From positions 1 to 64,000 of the forward strand of contig WJMO01000004.1 in assembly GCA_014727915.1 (NCBI GenBank): a DNA stretch of 64,000 nt, written 5' to 3'. The notes under the pieces are model-generated. The model saw nothing but the letters and a program-made list of their open reading frames with translations. It was not told where the DNA came from and did no database searches. Positions 38,776 to 49,299 of this stretch are shown here, piece after piece (the stretch's first letter is position 1; every line of letters starts with the position of its first letter). A program made the position numbers and the translations under genes. This DNA comes from Candidatus Altiarchaeales archaeon. Its GTDB lineage: Archaea; Altiarchaeota; Altiarchaeia; IMC4; SCGC-AAA252-I15.

Positions 38776-39878
38776 ACCTCCAGCGTCTGGTCTGTCACGC
38801 TTTCCCAGGAGTATCTCTCCGCTGTCTTCCTCGCTCTAACCCCCATATCACTCAACAGGTCGTTATCGAGTATGTGCCTAATCTTTTCGACTATCTCCTC
38901 TGAGCTGTAGGGGCTGTCCAATAGCATGCCGTCAACCCCATCTGTTATGAGCTCTGCCGCCCCCGCCGACCTTGTAGTGACGACCGGGATTCCCGTTGCC
39001 ATCGCCTCCGTTATGACCAGCCCGAAAGGCTCGTAGGCGGTCGGGAATACGAAAATGTCCGATGCCGCGTAGTATTCGCTTATGTTGTTGCTGTGTCCTG
39101 CGAACACGATCCTGTCCCCAACGCTCTTCCTCTCTGCGAGAGACTTATACGGTTTGCTTTCCGCGGCGCCCACAACAACAAGCTTTATGTTCCTGTCCAA
39201 TCCTGGCAGGGCTTCTATTATGTACTTCAAACCCTTTCGCTTGAACTCCCACCCGCTGAATGAAAGGACTATGTCGTCTTCGCCTAACCCGTGCTTGGAG
39301 CGGACCTCCCTCCTGGCCTCTTCCTTCTTTTTAGGGTTGAACTCTTCCAGGTTGACGCCGCTGTATATGACCCTCACCTTCTCCCCTGGTATCCCGTAGT
39401 TCTCCACCACCTCGTCCTTTATGGACTCGGATATGGCGATCACCCGCTTGCTCCTGTTGAGTATCTTCTTCTCTATTGACAGCACAACGTTGTTCCTTGG
39501 CTCTAAGGCCTTAAGCAGGGCATATGCTGGCCCCCGGTCTTCGCCGAACTTTCTCACTGCAGCCTTCTGGCAGCTTTGCATCGTGACTATGTCCGAGTTG
39601 ACTGCTTCCGCACCCTGGCTGTTCACCACATCCACTCCCCCCTCTCTCAGCCTTTTTATCTTCCCGACGTTCCTCCAAGCGTTGGAGGCCACCTGCAATG
39701 ATATTGGATTCCATACTATGGGCTCCTCATGGGCGATTACTCCCGGGACCTTGTCCTCGTACCTGGAGGTCAGGATGTGCACTTCATGGTCGGGTGCCAG
39801 ACGCGAGGCCAGCTCCACCACATACCTGGAGATGCCTCCCTGCTTGTTGAAGACGATTGAGGTCAGCCCTATTCTCAT
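38754..39878 (-). CDS. Glycosyltransferase family 4
   Basis: GGISRY, RKG, EPFGLVITEAMA. Confidence 0.93.
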   Translation of the reverse strand: MRIGLTSIVFNKQGGISRYVVELASRLAPDHEVHILTSRYEDKVPGVIAHEEPIVWNPISLQVASNAWRNVGKIKRLREGGVDVVNSQGAEAVNSDIVTMQSCQKAAVRKFGEDRGPAYALLKALEPRNNVVLSIEKKILNRSKRVIAISESIKDEVVENYGIPGEKVRVIYSGVNLEEFNPKKKEEARREVRSKHGLGEDDIVLSFSGWEFKRKGLKYIIEALPGLDRNIKLVVVGAAESKPYKSLAERKSVGDRIVFAGHSNNISEYYAASDIFVFPTAYEPFGLVITEAMATGIPVVTTRSAGAAELITDGVDGMLLDSPYSSEEIVEKIRHILDNDLLSDMGVRARKTAERYSWESVTDQTLEVYGELVD

Positions 39879-41050
39879 CCTGAAATTGCCTCCTCGTATG
39901 CTCTTACGGTGTCTTCGACCATCTTCTCCCTGCTGAAACCATCAACTATTGTCTCCCGCGCGTTCTCGCCCAGTCTGCTGGCCAACCCTCTGTCCTCCAA
40001 AACCCTGCTTATCCTATCAACTAGCATGTCCACGTTGCCTGGTTCCACCAGCAGTCCGTTGACCCCGTCTTCTATGACGGTAGGTATGCCTCCTATGTCC
40101 GATGCTACCACCGGTTTGCCGCATGACATCGACTCCAGCTCTATGAGGGGCAGGCCCTCGACCCTGACGGTGGGTATTATGAACGCATAGGCTGCGTTGT
40201 AGTACTTCCACAGGTCATTGTTCGGCACCTTCCCAGCGAAGGACACGAGATCCGATAGGCCGAACTCCCTTGCCATCTGTTCAAGCCGTTCCCTGTAGGG
40301 TCCTTCACCCACTATCATGAGGTGCGTGTCCCCATGTCTTTCATGGACTTTCCTGAACGCTTTTATCAGGTATTGGACGCCCTTCTGCCTGTGCAACACC
40401 GACACGGCCAACAGAATCCTCTTACCCGGGTATTTGCTTTTTACTTCACTGTCCGCCGGCTTGAATTTTTCGGTGTCTATGCCGTTATAGATAGTTTTGA
40501 CTTTTTTCTCAGTTATTTTGAATTCTCTTGGGATATTCTCGGTCAGTTCCTTGCTTATGGAGATGACCGCGTCGCATCCGCGCACGAACCTTTCAGAGTA
40601 CCTCTTCTGGTTGTATATGTGGAAGAGCATCTTCGGAAGGAGCGTCAGGCTCAGGCCTTGGTTGAGGTTGCTCCTTATCTCTCCCCTGCTCGTCCCGTGC
40701 AATGTAGTAACTATCGGTATCCCCAGCTTGTCCTTCAATCCGCTGCTGATGTAGTGGTATGCTGCGAAGCTCTGGCTGTGTATCACGTCAAACTCTCTTT
40801 CACTGTTCATTTCCCCCAATTTCTCCAACGCCTTCCCGCCCATGGGCTTCTTGCTCGTGGCTTTCACATCCACATAGTGTATGCCGACTCCCTCTACGTT
40901 CTCGTATTCGATTCCGTTGGGGTGTCTGCCGGTTATCACCGACACATGGTGTCCTGCACTGGCCAGGCCCCTGCACAGTTCCAGAGTGTGTATCTCCATC
41001 CCGCCCGCTACGTGGGCTGGCATCATCATTGCGAACATGCAGACTCTCAT
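39875..41050 (-). CDS. Glycosyltransferase family 4
   Basis: GGME, QKG, EGLPLIELES. Confidence 0.93.
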   Translation of the reverse strand: MRVCMFAMMMPAHVAGGMEIHTLELCRGLASAGHHVSVITGRHPNGIEYENVEGVGIHYVDVKATSKKPMGGKALEKLGEMNSEREFDVIHSQSFAAYHYISSGLKDKLGIPIVTTLHGTSRGEIRSNLNQGLSLTLLPKMLFHIYNQKRYSERFVRGCDAVISISKELTENIPREFKITEKKVKTIYNGIDTEKFKPADSEVKSKYPGKRILLAVSVLHRQKGVQYLIKAFRKVHERHGDTHLMIVGEGPYRERLEQMAREFGLSDLVSFAGKVPNNDLWKYYNAAYAFIIPTVRVEGLPLIELESMSCGKPVVASDIGGIPTVIEDGVNGLLVEPGNVDMLVDRISRVLEDRGLASRLGENARETIVDGFSREKMVEDTVRAYEEAISG

Positions 41051-42906
41051 AAGCCGTCACCCATGTATCTTTCATGCCAGATGTCCAATACCAGCAGCCC
41101 GAACAGCTGGCTGCTGTGCCTGAAATCACTGGTGCCCTTCAGGAGGAACCTGATCTTCTCCCTTCTGAAGTTCTCCTTTATGAACTCCGACTTCGTTATC
41201 CTCTCAGTCACCACATCGTTCACGTCGTTGAACAGCCACTGGTGGGTGGGCACGCCAAATCCTTTCTTGGGCCTCTTCACTATGACATCTGGCAGCCTGC
41301 CCTCCATGGTCTTCCGGAGTATGTGTTTTTTCATCCCGTCTTTAAGCTTGAGCTCTGGGGGTATGGTCATCGCATATTCCACGAGCTTGTGGTCGAGGAA
41401 TGGGACCCTGCACTCTACCGCGTGGGCCATCGTCACACGGTCCAGCTTTGACAGGCAGTTGCCCGTCACCCACCCTCGGAGGTCGACGTAGCTTAACTGG
41501 TTCAGCAGACTTCTCATGCCCCCGCTCCTATCTTCCAGGTGCCTCTTTATCTTCTCCCCTGGCCTGTTACCCAGCGTCCTCTCCTTGAGCTTCTGCGAGT
41601 AGAGTGATTCCCTGTCTTCACCGCTGAACAGCAGGCCCTGGCCCCAGTATATCTTGTCCTTCTCCTCCGCGCTGATGTAGTCCACGTACCTCTTGTATCT
41701 CGCAGGCATGGGCAGCATGTTGGCGAACCGAAGCGGCTTCCTCAACGCTTCGGGGATCGAGTTTCTCATCCTCTCTGAGAGTAGGAGGTAGTTGTATGCC
41801 CTGTATCCTCCGAACACCTCATCGCTTCCTCCGCCGTTGAAGACTACAGTAACATGTTTCTTTATGTGCTTTGCCAGGAAGTACTCCGGCAGCTGGGCCG
41901 GGTCGCCTACGGGCTCGTCCAGGTGCCAGATTATGTTGTCAAGCTCTCCCAACACCTCTTCGGCGTCCACTATTATCTCATGATGGTCTGTGCCTAGGTG
42001 TTCTGCGACGACCCTGGCGTATTCGACCTCGTCCATCCCCCCGTGCCCGTATCCGATGCTGAAAGTCTTCACAGGCTCTTTGACTAGGTCGGTCATCAAT
42101 GCTGTTAATGTGCTGGAGTCTATTCCTCCCGACAATTGCACTCCAAGGGGCACGTCGCTGACGAGCCTCAGCTTCACGGACTCGACTAGCATGCCCTCCA
42201 GCTCTCTGATGCACTTTTCCTCGGTGACATCCCTTATACGGTCCAGTTCGAGGTTCCAGTATATGCTGCTCTTAACCTCCCCGCTCTCGTATACTCTCAT
42301 CTCCGCGGGGTGCAGTTTCTTAACACCCTTTATTATAGTGTCAGGTTCGGGAATGTACTGGAATGTGAGATAGTCGTCCAGGGAGTCGTAGTCGAGCTCG
42401 GGCTCTATGCTTGGGTGCTTTAGCATGGACTTCAGCTCCGACGCGAATACGACGCCATCCTCTGTCTCACTGTAGTAGAGCGGTTTGATGCCCACCCGGT
42501 CTCTGACCAGCACAAGCCGCTTCCTCCTGCTGTCCCACAGCCCGAACGCGAACTGCCCCCTCAGCATTTTCACGAAGCCCAGCCCGTATTCCTCGTAGCA
42601 GTGGACTATCGCCTCCGTGTCGGTGTCGCTGCTGAACTCGTGGCCTTTTCCCTCCAGGTCTTTTCTCAAATCAAGGTAGTTGTACGTCTCTCCGTTGTAT
42701 GTTATCCAGACGGTTTCGTCCTCGTTGTGCAGTGGCTGTCTGCCCCGGCTGCTGAGGTCTATTATGCTGAGCCGCCGGTGTCCCAGGCCTATATCGTCGT
42801 CTATGTGGTGTCCTGAGTCGTCTGGGCCCCTGTGTTCCAAGGCGCCCATCATGTCTTCTACGGTCCTTTTGTCGCATTCTCCCAGGATGCCGCATATGCC
42901 GCACAT
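41047..42906 (-). CDS. asnB: Asparagine synthase-like glutamine amidotransferase (probably glycan amidation)
   Basis: MCGICG, HRGPD, HRRLSIID, NGE.YN, SGGIDS, RVPFLD. Confidence 0.95.
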   Translation of the reverse strand: MCGICGILGECDKRTVEDMMGALEHRGPDDSGHHIDDDIGLGHRRLSIIDLSSRGRQPLHNEDETVWITYNGETYNYLDLRKDLEGKGHEFSSDTDTEAIVHCYEEYGLGFVKMLRGQFAFGLWDSRRKRLVLVRDRVGIKPLYYSETEDGVVFASELKSMLKHPSIEPELDYDSLDDYLTFQYIPEPDTIIKGVKKLHPAEMRVYESGEVKSSIYWNLELDRIRDVTEEKCIRELEGMLVESVKLRLVSDVPLGVQLSGGIDSSTLTALMTDLVKEPVKTFSIGYGHGGMDEVEYARVVAEHLGTDHHEIIVDAEEVLGELDNIIWHLDEPVGDPAQLPEYFLAKHIKKHVTVVFNGGGSDEVFGGYRAYNYLLLSERMRNSIPEALRKPLRFANMLPMPARYKRYVDYISAEEKDKIYWGQGLLFSGEDRESLYSQKLKERTLGNRPGEKIKRHLEDRSGGMRSLLNQLSYVDLRGWVTGNCLSKLDRVTMAHAVECRVPFLDHKLVEYAMTIPPELKLKDGMKKHILRKTMEGRLPDVIVKRPKKGFGVPTHQWLFNDVNDVVTERITKSEFIKENFRREKIRFLLKGTSDFRHSSQLFGLLVLDIWHERYMGDGL

Positions 42907-42931
42907 GCTTAACTATAAAGTCCCACACCTT

Positions 42932-43780
42932 TTAAGCCCTATGCTTGAGGGCTCCGTTCAAGTTGCCTGCGAAAGAAACCAGCTCGTATGCGAGCCCCAA
43001 TGGCATCAGGTCGGGCGGGTAGCGTTTCAGAACTAGAACGGGTGTCACAGCAAGCTTGGCGAAGGCCCTCACCAGTTCATTCAAGGGCCCCTTCCCCATC
43101 TTGCGCCTGTATTTGGTCATCTCCATGCCGTGGGTGTAAGCCCTTTTCAATATGCCTTTCAGTGTTTGGCTATGGTGGTGTACCACGTATATGTCCGGCT
43201 CGAACAGTATGTCATGCCCTTTTTCTGTGATGCGCCGGCAGAGGTCGTAGTCTTCCGCGGAGGCCTTCTTGAAGTCCTCGTCGAATCCTCTCGCCTCGTC
43301 GAGCAGGTTTTTTTTGAAGGCCAGGTTGCAGCTGGGCAGCGCGTCCACGTGCTTCCTCTCCATCCCGTAGAGCCTGTCTCTCCGGTGCTGTTCGAACCTT
43401 TCCGCGTAGGTCCCGCTCGAAGCTGGCCTGAGGCTTCCGCCGACCGCGTTGGACTCTTCAAGCGCCCGGACGATTTTGTCCAGCCAGTCTGCCGGGACTT
43501 CGCAGTCGGCGTCGGTGAACACGATCACCTCTCCTTTGGAGTTTTTCACTCCCCGGTTCCTCGCCGCGGCCGGGCCCTTATGCTGCTGTTCCACAAGATT
43601 CACAGTCTCATATCCACGTATCTTCTCGCGTGTGCTGTCGGTGCTCCCGTCATCCACGAATATGAACTCGCTCTTTTCCTTTGGGTATTCCAGGTTAAGG
43701 AGGGATGTTATGCAGTCGTCTATGGTGTCTTCTGCGTTGTAGCATGGAATGACCACCGAAACAGCCGGTTTGCTCACCAT
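42932..43780 (-). CDS. Glycosyltransferase family 2
   Basis: VVIPCYN, VDDGS, FTDAD, EDYD. Confidence 0.92.
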   Translation of the reverse strand: MVSKPAVSVVIPCYNAEDTIDDCITSLLNLEYPKEKSEFIFVDDGSTDSTREKIRGYETVNLVEQQHKGPAAARNRGVKNSKGEVIVFTDADCEVPADWLDKIVRALEESNAVGGSLRPASSGTYAERFEQHRRDRLYGMERKHVDALPSCNLAFKKNLLDEARGFDEDFKKASAEDYDLCRRITEKGHDILFEPDIYVVHHHSQTLKGILKRAYTHGMEMTKYRRKMGKGPLNELVRAFAKLAVTPVLVLKRYPPDLMPLGLAYELVSFAGNLNGALKHRA

Positions 43781-45273
43781 TGTCTGGATACTCTGCTCTT
43801 CAACACCCTCGAACCCGCCCTGAAAAGCAGGTTGAAGGTGTTGAGCCCGTGCCTCCTGAAAGTGTCAGTTATCTTGAAAGAAGTCCAACGAGGCTCGCTA
43901 ACTGCCTTCTTCAAGTAGAGCTGGTATATGAGGTAGTTGTTCGCGTAGTTGGACGCTTTCTTCAGGTCCTCCTGCGTCAGTTCGTCGGTGCTCACCACGG
44001 GTTTGTCGTGTATGAAGTGTATGTTGCTGTAGTCGTCCCAGCATTTAGCATGCAGGTGGCCCTCGCTCTTGGCCTTGTCATAGTATTGTGTACCTGGCAG
44101 CGGCGTGCACACGGACACCTGGAACGAGTCCGGCTTTATCTTCAACAGGTAGTTGAACGTCTCGTCCATGGTCTTCCTCGTCTCCCCCGGCAGTCCTATC
44201 ATGAACGTCGCGTGGCTTCTGATGCCGATCTCCTTGCACCATCTGAAAACGTCCTCCACGTGCTTGAGGTCTTGGTTCTTCCTGTTGGCCAGGTCGAGTA
44301 TCCTCCTAGACCCTGATTCCACGCCGAACTTCAGCGCCTCGCACCCTGAGTCGTGCATGGCCTCCAGCAATTCCTTTGTCACCGGGACGGGGGAGCACAT
44401 GGCGCCCCATATCTTGTTGGGTCCGTTGTCCTTGTACTCTTTGCAGAAGTCGAAGACCTTCTGGGGGTTGAGGTTGAATGTGTCATCGTCGAAGTACAGC
44501 TCCCTAGCCTTATGCTCTTTCACCACGTGGTGGCATTCCTCGACCACCGACTCCGGCTTCCTGAATCTGAAGTTCATGCCCCCGTACATGACCGGCGGCC
44601 ACAGGCAGTAGACGCACCCGAATGTGCAGCCCCTGCTCTGTATCATCTGGACGTTCGGCGTCTGCATGAACGGTTCGCAGTAGTGTTCCATCTCCATCAG
44701 GTGCCTTGCCGGGTATGGTAGCTCGTTCAGGTCTATCAGCGGCCGCCTGTCGTTGACCTTGGCCTTTTTGCCTTCACGGTATGCGAGGCCAAGCACATCA
44801 TACTTCTTCATCTTCCCTTCCATTGCTCTGACGGTGTCCCTGCAGGTGTGCTCGTATTCTCCCATGAACACGTAGTCCACCTGCTTGTTGGATAGTATGT
44901 CCCCTGGGAACGTTGTTACGTGCGGCCCGCACAAGGCTATCTTGCAGTCTGTCTCCGCTTTCAGCATCTCCGCGGTCTTCAAATCCGTGTTGATGGACGG
45001 CGTCGACGACTCCATCACCACCAGGTCAGGGCTGAACGATTTGAGATCTGAGAGGAACTTCTCCTTGGTCTCCCCTAGCGTGAGGGCGTCCATCACCTTC
45101 ACTTTATGTCCGTCGGCTTCGCACACGGCAGCCGCGTAGGCCAGGAAGAACGGGAACGGCGAGTATCCTGTCCTGTCCTCTTCCTCGTCGAATTCCGCGT
45201 GCGGCCATCTGCTCCCGGCTCTCACAGCGTGTCCTGTTTCGAACCAGGGAGGGTTCGCTAGGGCTACTTTCAT
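43774..45273 (-). CDS. Radical SAM enzyme with N-terminal B12-binding-like domain
   Basis: SRGCTFGCVYC, DDTFN, FGVESGS, IGLPGET, P.PGT. Confidence 0.9.
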   Translation of the reverse strand: MKVALANPPWFETGHAVRAGSRWPHAEFDEEEDRTGYSPFPFFLAYAAAVCEADGHKVKVMDALTLGETKEKFLSDLKSFSPDLVVMESSTPSINTDLKTAEMLKAETDCKIALCGPHVTTFPGDILSNKQVDYVFMGEYEHTCRDTVRAMEGKMKKYDVLGLAYREGKKAKVNDRRPLIDLNELPYPARHLMEMEHYCEPFMQTPNVQMIQSRGCTFGCVYCLWPPVMYGGMNFRFRKPESVVEECHHVVKEHKARELYFDDDTFNLNPQKVFDFCKEYKDNGPNKIWGAMCSPVPVTKELLEAMHDSGCEALKFGVESGSRRILDLANRKNQDLKHVEDVFRWCKEIGIRSHATFMIGLPGETRKTMDETFNYLLKIKPDSFQVSVCTPLPGTQYYDKAKSEGHLHAKCWDDYSNIHFIHDKPVVSTDELTQEDLKKASNYANNYLIYQLYLKKAVSEPRWTSFKITDTFRRHGLNTFNLLFRAGSRVLKSRVSRQW

Positions 45274-45369
45274 GCTACCATACTATACTATGACAACCTT
45301 AAATAATCGCGGAATATTATGCTGTGAATCCATTTTTTAACGGGCGTTTCCATCTGTATACCTACGAAA

Positions 45370-46590
45370 ATGGGGGATAATAAACGGGATAAGCCCTATG
45401 ATGTTCTCATCGTGGGGGGTTTGGGGCATGTTGGCTTGCCTTTGGGCATCGTGTTAGCGGACACCGGCTTGAACGTCTGCCTGCTGGACATCGACGAGGA
45501 GAAGGCAAGATCCGTCAGGGAGGGTAAGATGCCCTTCATCGAATACGACGCCGGCCCAATCTTGGAGAAGGCGCTTGAAGGGGGCAATCTTCATGTTTCG
45601 CTCGACATAAAGGACGCTTCAAAGGCGAGATATGTGATAATCGCGATCGGAACGCCAGTTGACGAGTACTTGAACCCCAAGACCCGCCAGTTCATCGACT
45701 TCTTCAAGAACCTCTCAGAACACCTGGACAAGAGCCAGACGGTCATCGTGCGAAGCACCGTATACCCCCACACCTGCCGGCAGATGATGAAGGCATTGGA
45801 CAAGAAGAGAGAGTGCGGCATAGCCTACTGTCCAGAGCGCATAGTCCAAGGATATGCGATACGAGAGCTTCGCACCCTCCCCCAGATTGTCGCAGGCATG
45901 ACCAAGGAGGCGGAGGACGCTGCCGCTGAACTGTTCGGTAGGGTCTCGCCTAAGATAATCCGCACATCAATGGGCGAGGCGGAGCTGGTAAAGCTCTACT
46001 CCAACGCTTGGAGGTACATACAGTTCGCTGTCGCGAACCAGTTCTACATGATGGCCTCAAACTTCGGCGTCGACTATGACCGTGTCAGGAAGGCCATGCG
46101 GGAGGAGTATGAGCGGGCGCTGACCCTCCCAGGCGCTGGTTTCGCAGCCGGACCGTGCCTGCTGAAGGATACGATGCAGCTGTCCGCCTTCAACTCCAAC
46201 AACTTCCTCCTGGGGCATGCTGCGATGATGGTCAATGAGGGCCTCCCAAACTACATTGTGGAGACTCTTCGGAAGAGGCACAGGCTGAGCGAGAATAAGG
46301 TCGGAATACTCGGCATGGCTTTCAAGGCTGACATAGACGACATACGCGATTCACTATCCTACAAGCTCGGCAAGATACTGAGGTTCCACGGGGCGGACGT
46401 ATACTACTCAGACGAGTATGTGGAGGACCCGACGTTCGTATCGAAGGAGGAGCTGATAGGCAAATGCGACATCATCATCGTGGGGGTCCCGCATTCGGCG
46501 TACAAGGATGTTGTTATACCAGAAGATGTCGAGGTCGTTGACACATGGAACGTGGTCTCCGGCGGTAGGAGAACATCCCTTGAAGGGTGA
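45370..46590 (+). CDS. UDP-glucose/UDP-ManNAc-type nucleotide-sugar dehydrogenase
   Basis: GGLGHVGLP, RST, CPER, catalytic GPCL.KD, AFK.D.DD.R.S. Confidence 0.92.
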   Translation: MGDNKRDKPYDVLIVGGLGHVGLPLGIVLADTGLNVCLLDIDEEKARSVREGKMPFIEYDAGPILEKALEGGNLHVSLDIKDASKARYVIIAIGTPVDEYLNPKTRQFIDFFKNLSEHLDKSQTVIVRSTVYPHTCRQMMKALDKKRECGIAYCPERIVQGYAIRELRTLPQIVAGMTKEAEDAAAELFGRVSPKIIRTSMGEAELVKLYSNAWRYIQFAVANQFYMMASNFGVDYDRVRKAMREEYERALTLPGAGFAAGPCLLKDTMQLSAFNSNNFLLGHAAMMVNEGLPNYIVETLRKRHRLSENKVGILGMAFKADIDDIRDSLSYKLGKILRFHGADVYYSDEYVEDPTFVSKEELIGKCDIIIVGVPHSAYKDVVIPEDVEVVDTWNVVSGGRRTSLEG

Positions 46591-47372
46591 TGATTGACAT
46601 GTCTGGAGGTATGTGCGTCTTCATAGGCGGCAAGCAGGTCGGGGTGGAATGTCTGCGAACTCTTGTTGAGGCTGGAATTCGGCCAGCGCTTGTCTTTGGG
46701 AACCCCGACGACGATGGTGCTGACTCCTGGCACGAGTCCCTCATAAGAGTGTCTGAAGATCTCGGTTTGGATACGTTGCCTAGGAAGAAGCTCGACGACG
46801 AAGACATAATCGAAAAAATCCGAGACTGCCGGCCGGAGGTTATCTTCTGCATTGGAAGCACCCAGATACTCTCAAAGGAAGTGTTGGATATTCCCGAACT
46901 GGGTTGTCTGAACTGGCATCCTGCCCTGCTGCCCAAGTACCGGGGCAGGTATTCCACCGTCCATGCCATATTCAACGGCGAAGAATACGCTGGCGTGACA
47001 CTTCATTGGATGGATGAGGGTGTTGATTCAGGCCCGATCGTGCTCCAGGAGAGGATAAGAATCGATCGTGACGACACTGCAAAGTCCTTGTATGAGAGGT
47101 GCACGGAGGCAGGCGTCAAATTGTTCGGGCAGTTCTTGGATATCTGGCTTTCAGGCGGTGATATCCCCTCAGAACCGCAGGATGAGTCCCAGGCAACATA
47201 CTTTCCTAAAGGATTGCCCAATGACGGTGTCATCGACTGGTCTTGGAGTGGTGAGAGGATAAGGAACTTCATAAGGGCGATGACCTTCGAGCCCTTCCCT
47301 CCCGCGTCTTTTGAGTTCGGCGGGAAGAGGATGGTCGTGGTGGACGAAGAATACTTCAAAGGTTTCGAATAG
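46587..47372 (+). CDS. Sugar N-formyltransferase (ArnA N-terminal-like)
   Basis: LNWHPALLPKYRG, GVTLH.MDEGVDSG, DG.IDW. Confidence 0.88.
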   Translation: MMIDMSGGMCVFIGGKQVGVECLRTLVEAGIRPALVFGNPDDDGADSWHESLIRVSEDLGLDTLPRKKLDDEDIIEKIRDCRPEVIFCIGSTQILSKEVLDIPELGCLNWHPALLPKYRGRYSTVHAIFNGEEYAGVTLHWMDEGVDSGPIVLQERIRIDRDDTAKSLYERCTEAGVKLFGQFLDIWLSGGDIPSEPQDESQATYFPKGLPNDGVIDWSWSGERIRNFIRAMTFEPFPPASFEFGGKRMVVVDEEYFKGFE

Positions 47373-47381
47373 GTCCGTAAA

Positions 47382-48485
47382 ATGGTTGGCAGGAAGATTA
47401 GCTGGTGGGATCCGGAGATAGGCGATAGGGAGTATGAGCTGGTGAGGGATGTTCTGGCGAGGAACTTCCCCAACGAGGGTAGGGTGGCCCGTCAGCTCGA
47501 GGAAAGAGCATCCGCCCTGATCGGGTCGAAGCATGCGGTCACATCCACGAACGGGACGTCTGCATTGTACATGGCCTTGAAGGCCGTTGGGGTCGGAGTA
47601 GGCGACGAGGTCATAGTCCCTGACCTCACCTTCATAGCTACTGCGAACGCGGTTGACATGTGCGGGGCGAAGCCGGTGCTGGTGGATGTTGAGCCGGATT
47701 CCATGAACATGGGCGTCGAATCATTCACTAATGCCATAACAGAGAAGACCAAAGCCGTCATACCCGTCCACGTCAGCGGGAGGTCCGCTGACATCGAGGC
47801 CATATGTGACGCAGCAGGGGAAAAGGGCATCCATGTGATCGAGGACGCTGCCGAGGCTTTCATGTCCAAGAAGAAAGGCAGGTGCCTGGGGACCTTTGGC
47901 GTGTGCGGCTGCTACTCGTTCTCGCCGAACAAGATCGTAACCTCCGGCCAGGGCGGGCTGGTGGTCACGGACGACGAGGAGGTCGATGTCAGGCTGAGGA
48001 TGCTGAAGGACCAGGGCCGGCCCAAGAGGGGGACGGGCGGAGACGACATCCACGAGTCCATAGGTTACAATTTCAAGTTCACTGACATACAGGCTGCGGT
48101 GGCTGTCGGCCAGTTGGAGTACTTGGAGGAGCGGATGAAGAGGTTGCGGAGGAACCACGAGCTCTATGTTGAGCACCTGTCCGGACTGGATGGCGTCAGA
48201 CTATATGAGTTCGACCTGGGTTCGGGGGAGCTTCCCCTGTGGACTGACATCTACTCTGATAGAAGGGATGAGCTGGACGAATATCTCATGCGGCTCAGTA
48301 TCGACTGCAGGCGTCTGTGGCATCCCCTGCACATGCAAGAACCTTATAGGATGCCATCTGAAAACTTCCCTAACAGCCTTGACTGCTCTCGGAATTCGAT
48401 CTGGCTTCCCTCAGCGTATAACCTGTCTGACGATGATGTTCTTAGAGTCTGTGAAAGCATAAGAAGGTTTATTAGCGGACAGTGA
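47382..48485 (+). CDS. DegT/ArnB-family PLP sugar aminotransferase
   Basis: TFIATANAV, IEDAAEA, SFSPNK..T.GQGG, GYNFK. Confidence 0.93.
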   Translation: MVGRKISWWDPEIGDREYELVRDVLARNFPNEGRVARQLEERASALIGSKHAVTSTNGTSALYMALKAVGVGVGDEVIVPDLTFIATANAVDMCGAKPVLVDVEPDSMNMGVESFTNAITEKTKAVIPVHVSGRSADIEAICDAAGEKGIHVIEDAAEAFMSKKKGRCLGTFGVCGCYSFSPNKIVTSGQGGLVVTDDEEVDVRLRMLKDQGRPKRGTGGDDIHESIGYNFKFTDIQAAVAVGQLEYLEERMKRLRRNHELYVEHLSGLDGVRLYEFDLGSGELPLWTDIYSDRRDELDEYLMRLSIDCRRLWHPLHMQEPYRMPSENFPNSLDCSRNSIWLPSAYNLSDDDVLRVCESIRRFISGQ

Positions 48486-48501
48486 CATAATTTCAGGTAC
48501 G

Positions 48502-49284
48502 ATGGCGAGAAAATCAGGCGGTAAACCGAAGCTGACCATCATGATGCCTGTCCGTAACGAGGGCGTCAACATTGAGATAATGCTAAAGATACTGAACGCA
48601 GTCATCGAAGTACCTCATGAGATACTGATAGTCCACGATGACATGGGGGATGACAGCATACCTGTCGTGAAACGTTTGAAGCCTGAATTCCCACATGTTA
48701 GGCTGGTTCATAACACTCTTGGCCGGGGCGTTGCCAATGCCATACTCGCAGGTGTCAAGGCCGCGGAGGGGGAGTACATACTCATATTCTGCGTTGACGA
48801 CGTGGGTCCTGTGCTGGCCATCGAGGACATGATGGTGCTGATGGATGGCGGATGTGACCTTGTCAGCGCGACTAGATACGCTCACGGGGGCAGGAGGCTT
48901 GGCGGTTCTATTGTGGGGCAAGTACTCTCACGTGTTGGTAACCGGATGTTCATGCTCCTGTCGGGCTCGGTGCTTTCCGACTCGACCACGGGCATAAAGA
49001 TGATGAGACGGGACATATTTGACAGGCTGAACTTGGAGGCCAAGCCTGTAGGTTGGGCTGTCGTCTTCGAGCTCAGCATAAAGGCACAGGAGGCTGGGAT
49101 GAAGCTCGGCGAGGTGCCGATAATATCCATCGACCGGCTATACGGTGGCTCATCCACCTTCAACGTTCTGCCCTGGTTCAGGGAGTATTTCCGCTGGTTC
49201 GTATGGGGCATGCGGCACCTTCATAACAACAAGGAGATGACGAAGGATGTTGAGGTTCGCAGGCCTTCGACTTGCATATGCTAA
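48502..49284 (+). CDS. GT2 polyprenyl-phosphate sugar synthase (DPM1/ArnC-like)
   Basis: MPVRNE, DLV.ATRY..GG, D.TTG.K, EVP. Confidence 0.85.
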   Translation: MARKSGGKPKLTIMMPVRNEGVNIEIMLKILNAVIEVPHEILIVHDDMGDDSIPVVKRLKPEFPHVRLVHNTLGRGVANAILAGVKAAEGEYILIFCVDDVGPVLAIEDMMVLMDGGCDLVSATRYAHGGRRLGGSIVGQVLSRVGNRMFMLLSGSVLSDSTTGIKMMRRDIFDRLNLEAKPVGWAVVFELSIKAQEAGMKLGEVPIISIDRLYGGSSTFNVLPWFREYFRWFVWGMRHLHNNKEMTKDVEVRRPSTCIC

Positions 49285-49299
49285 CCTAGGTGATAAGAG

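Noticed and set aside
46587-47372. Methionyl-tRNA formyltransferase call
   Set aside because: Archaea do not formylate initiator Met; the protein lacks the Fmt C-terminal domain and sits in a sugar operon
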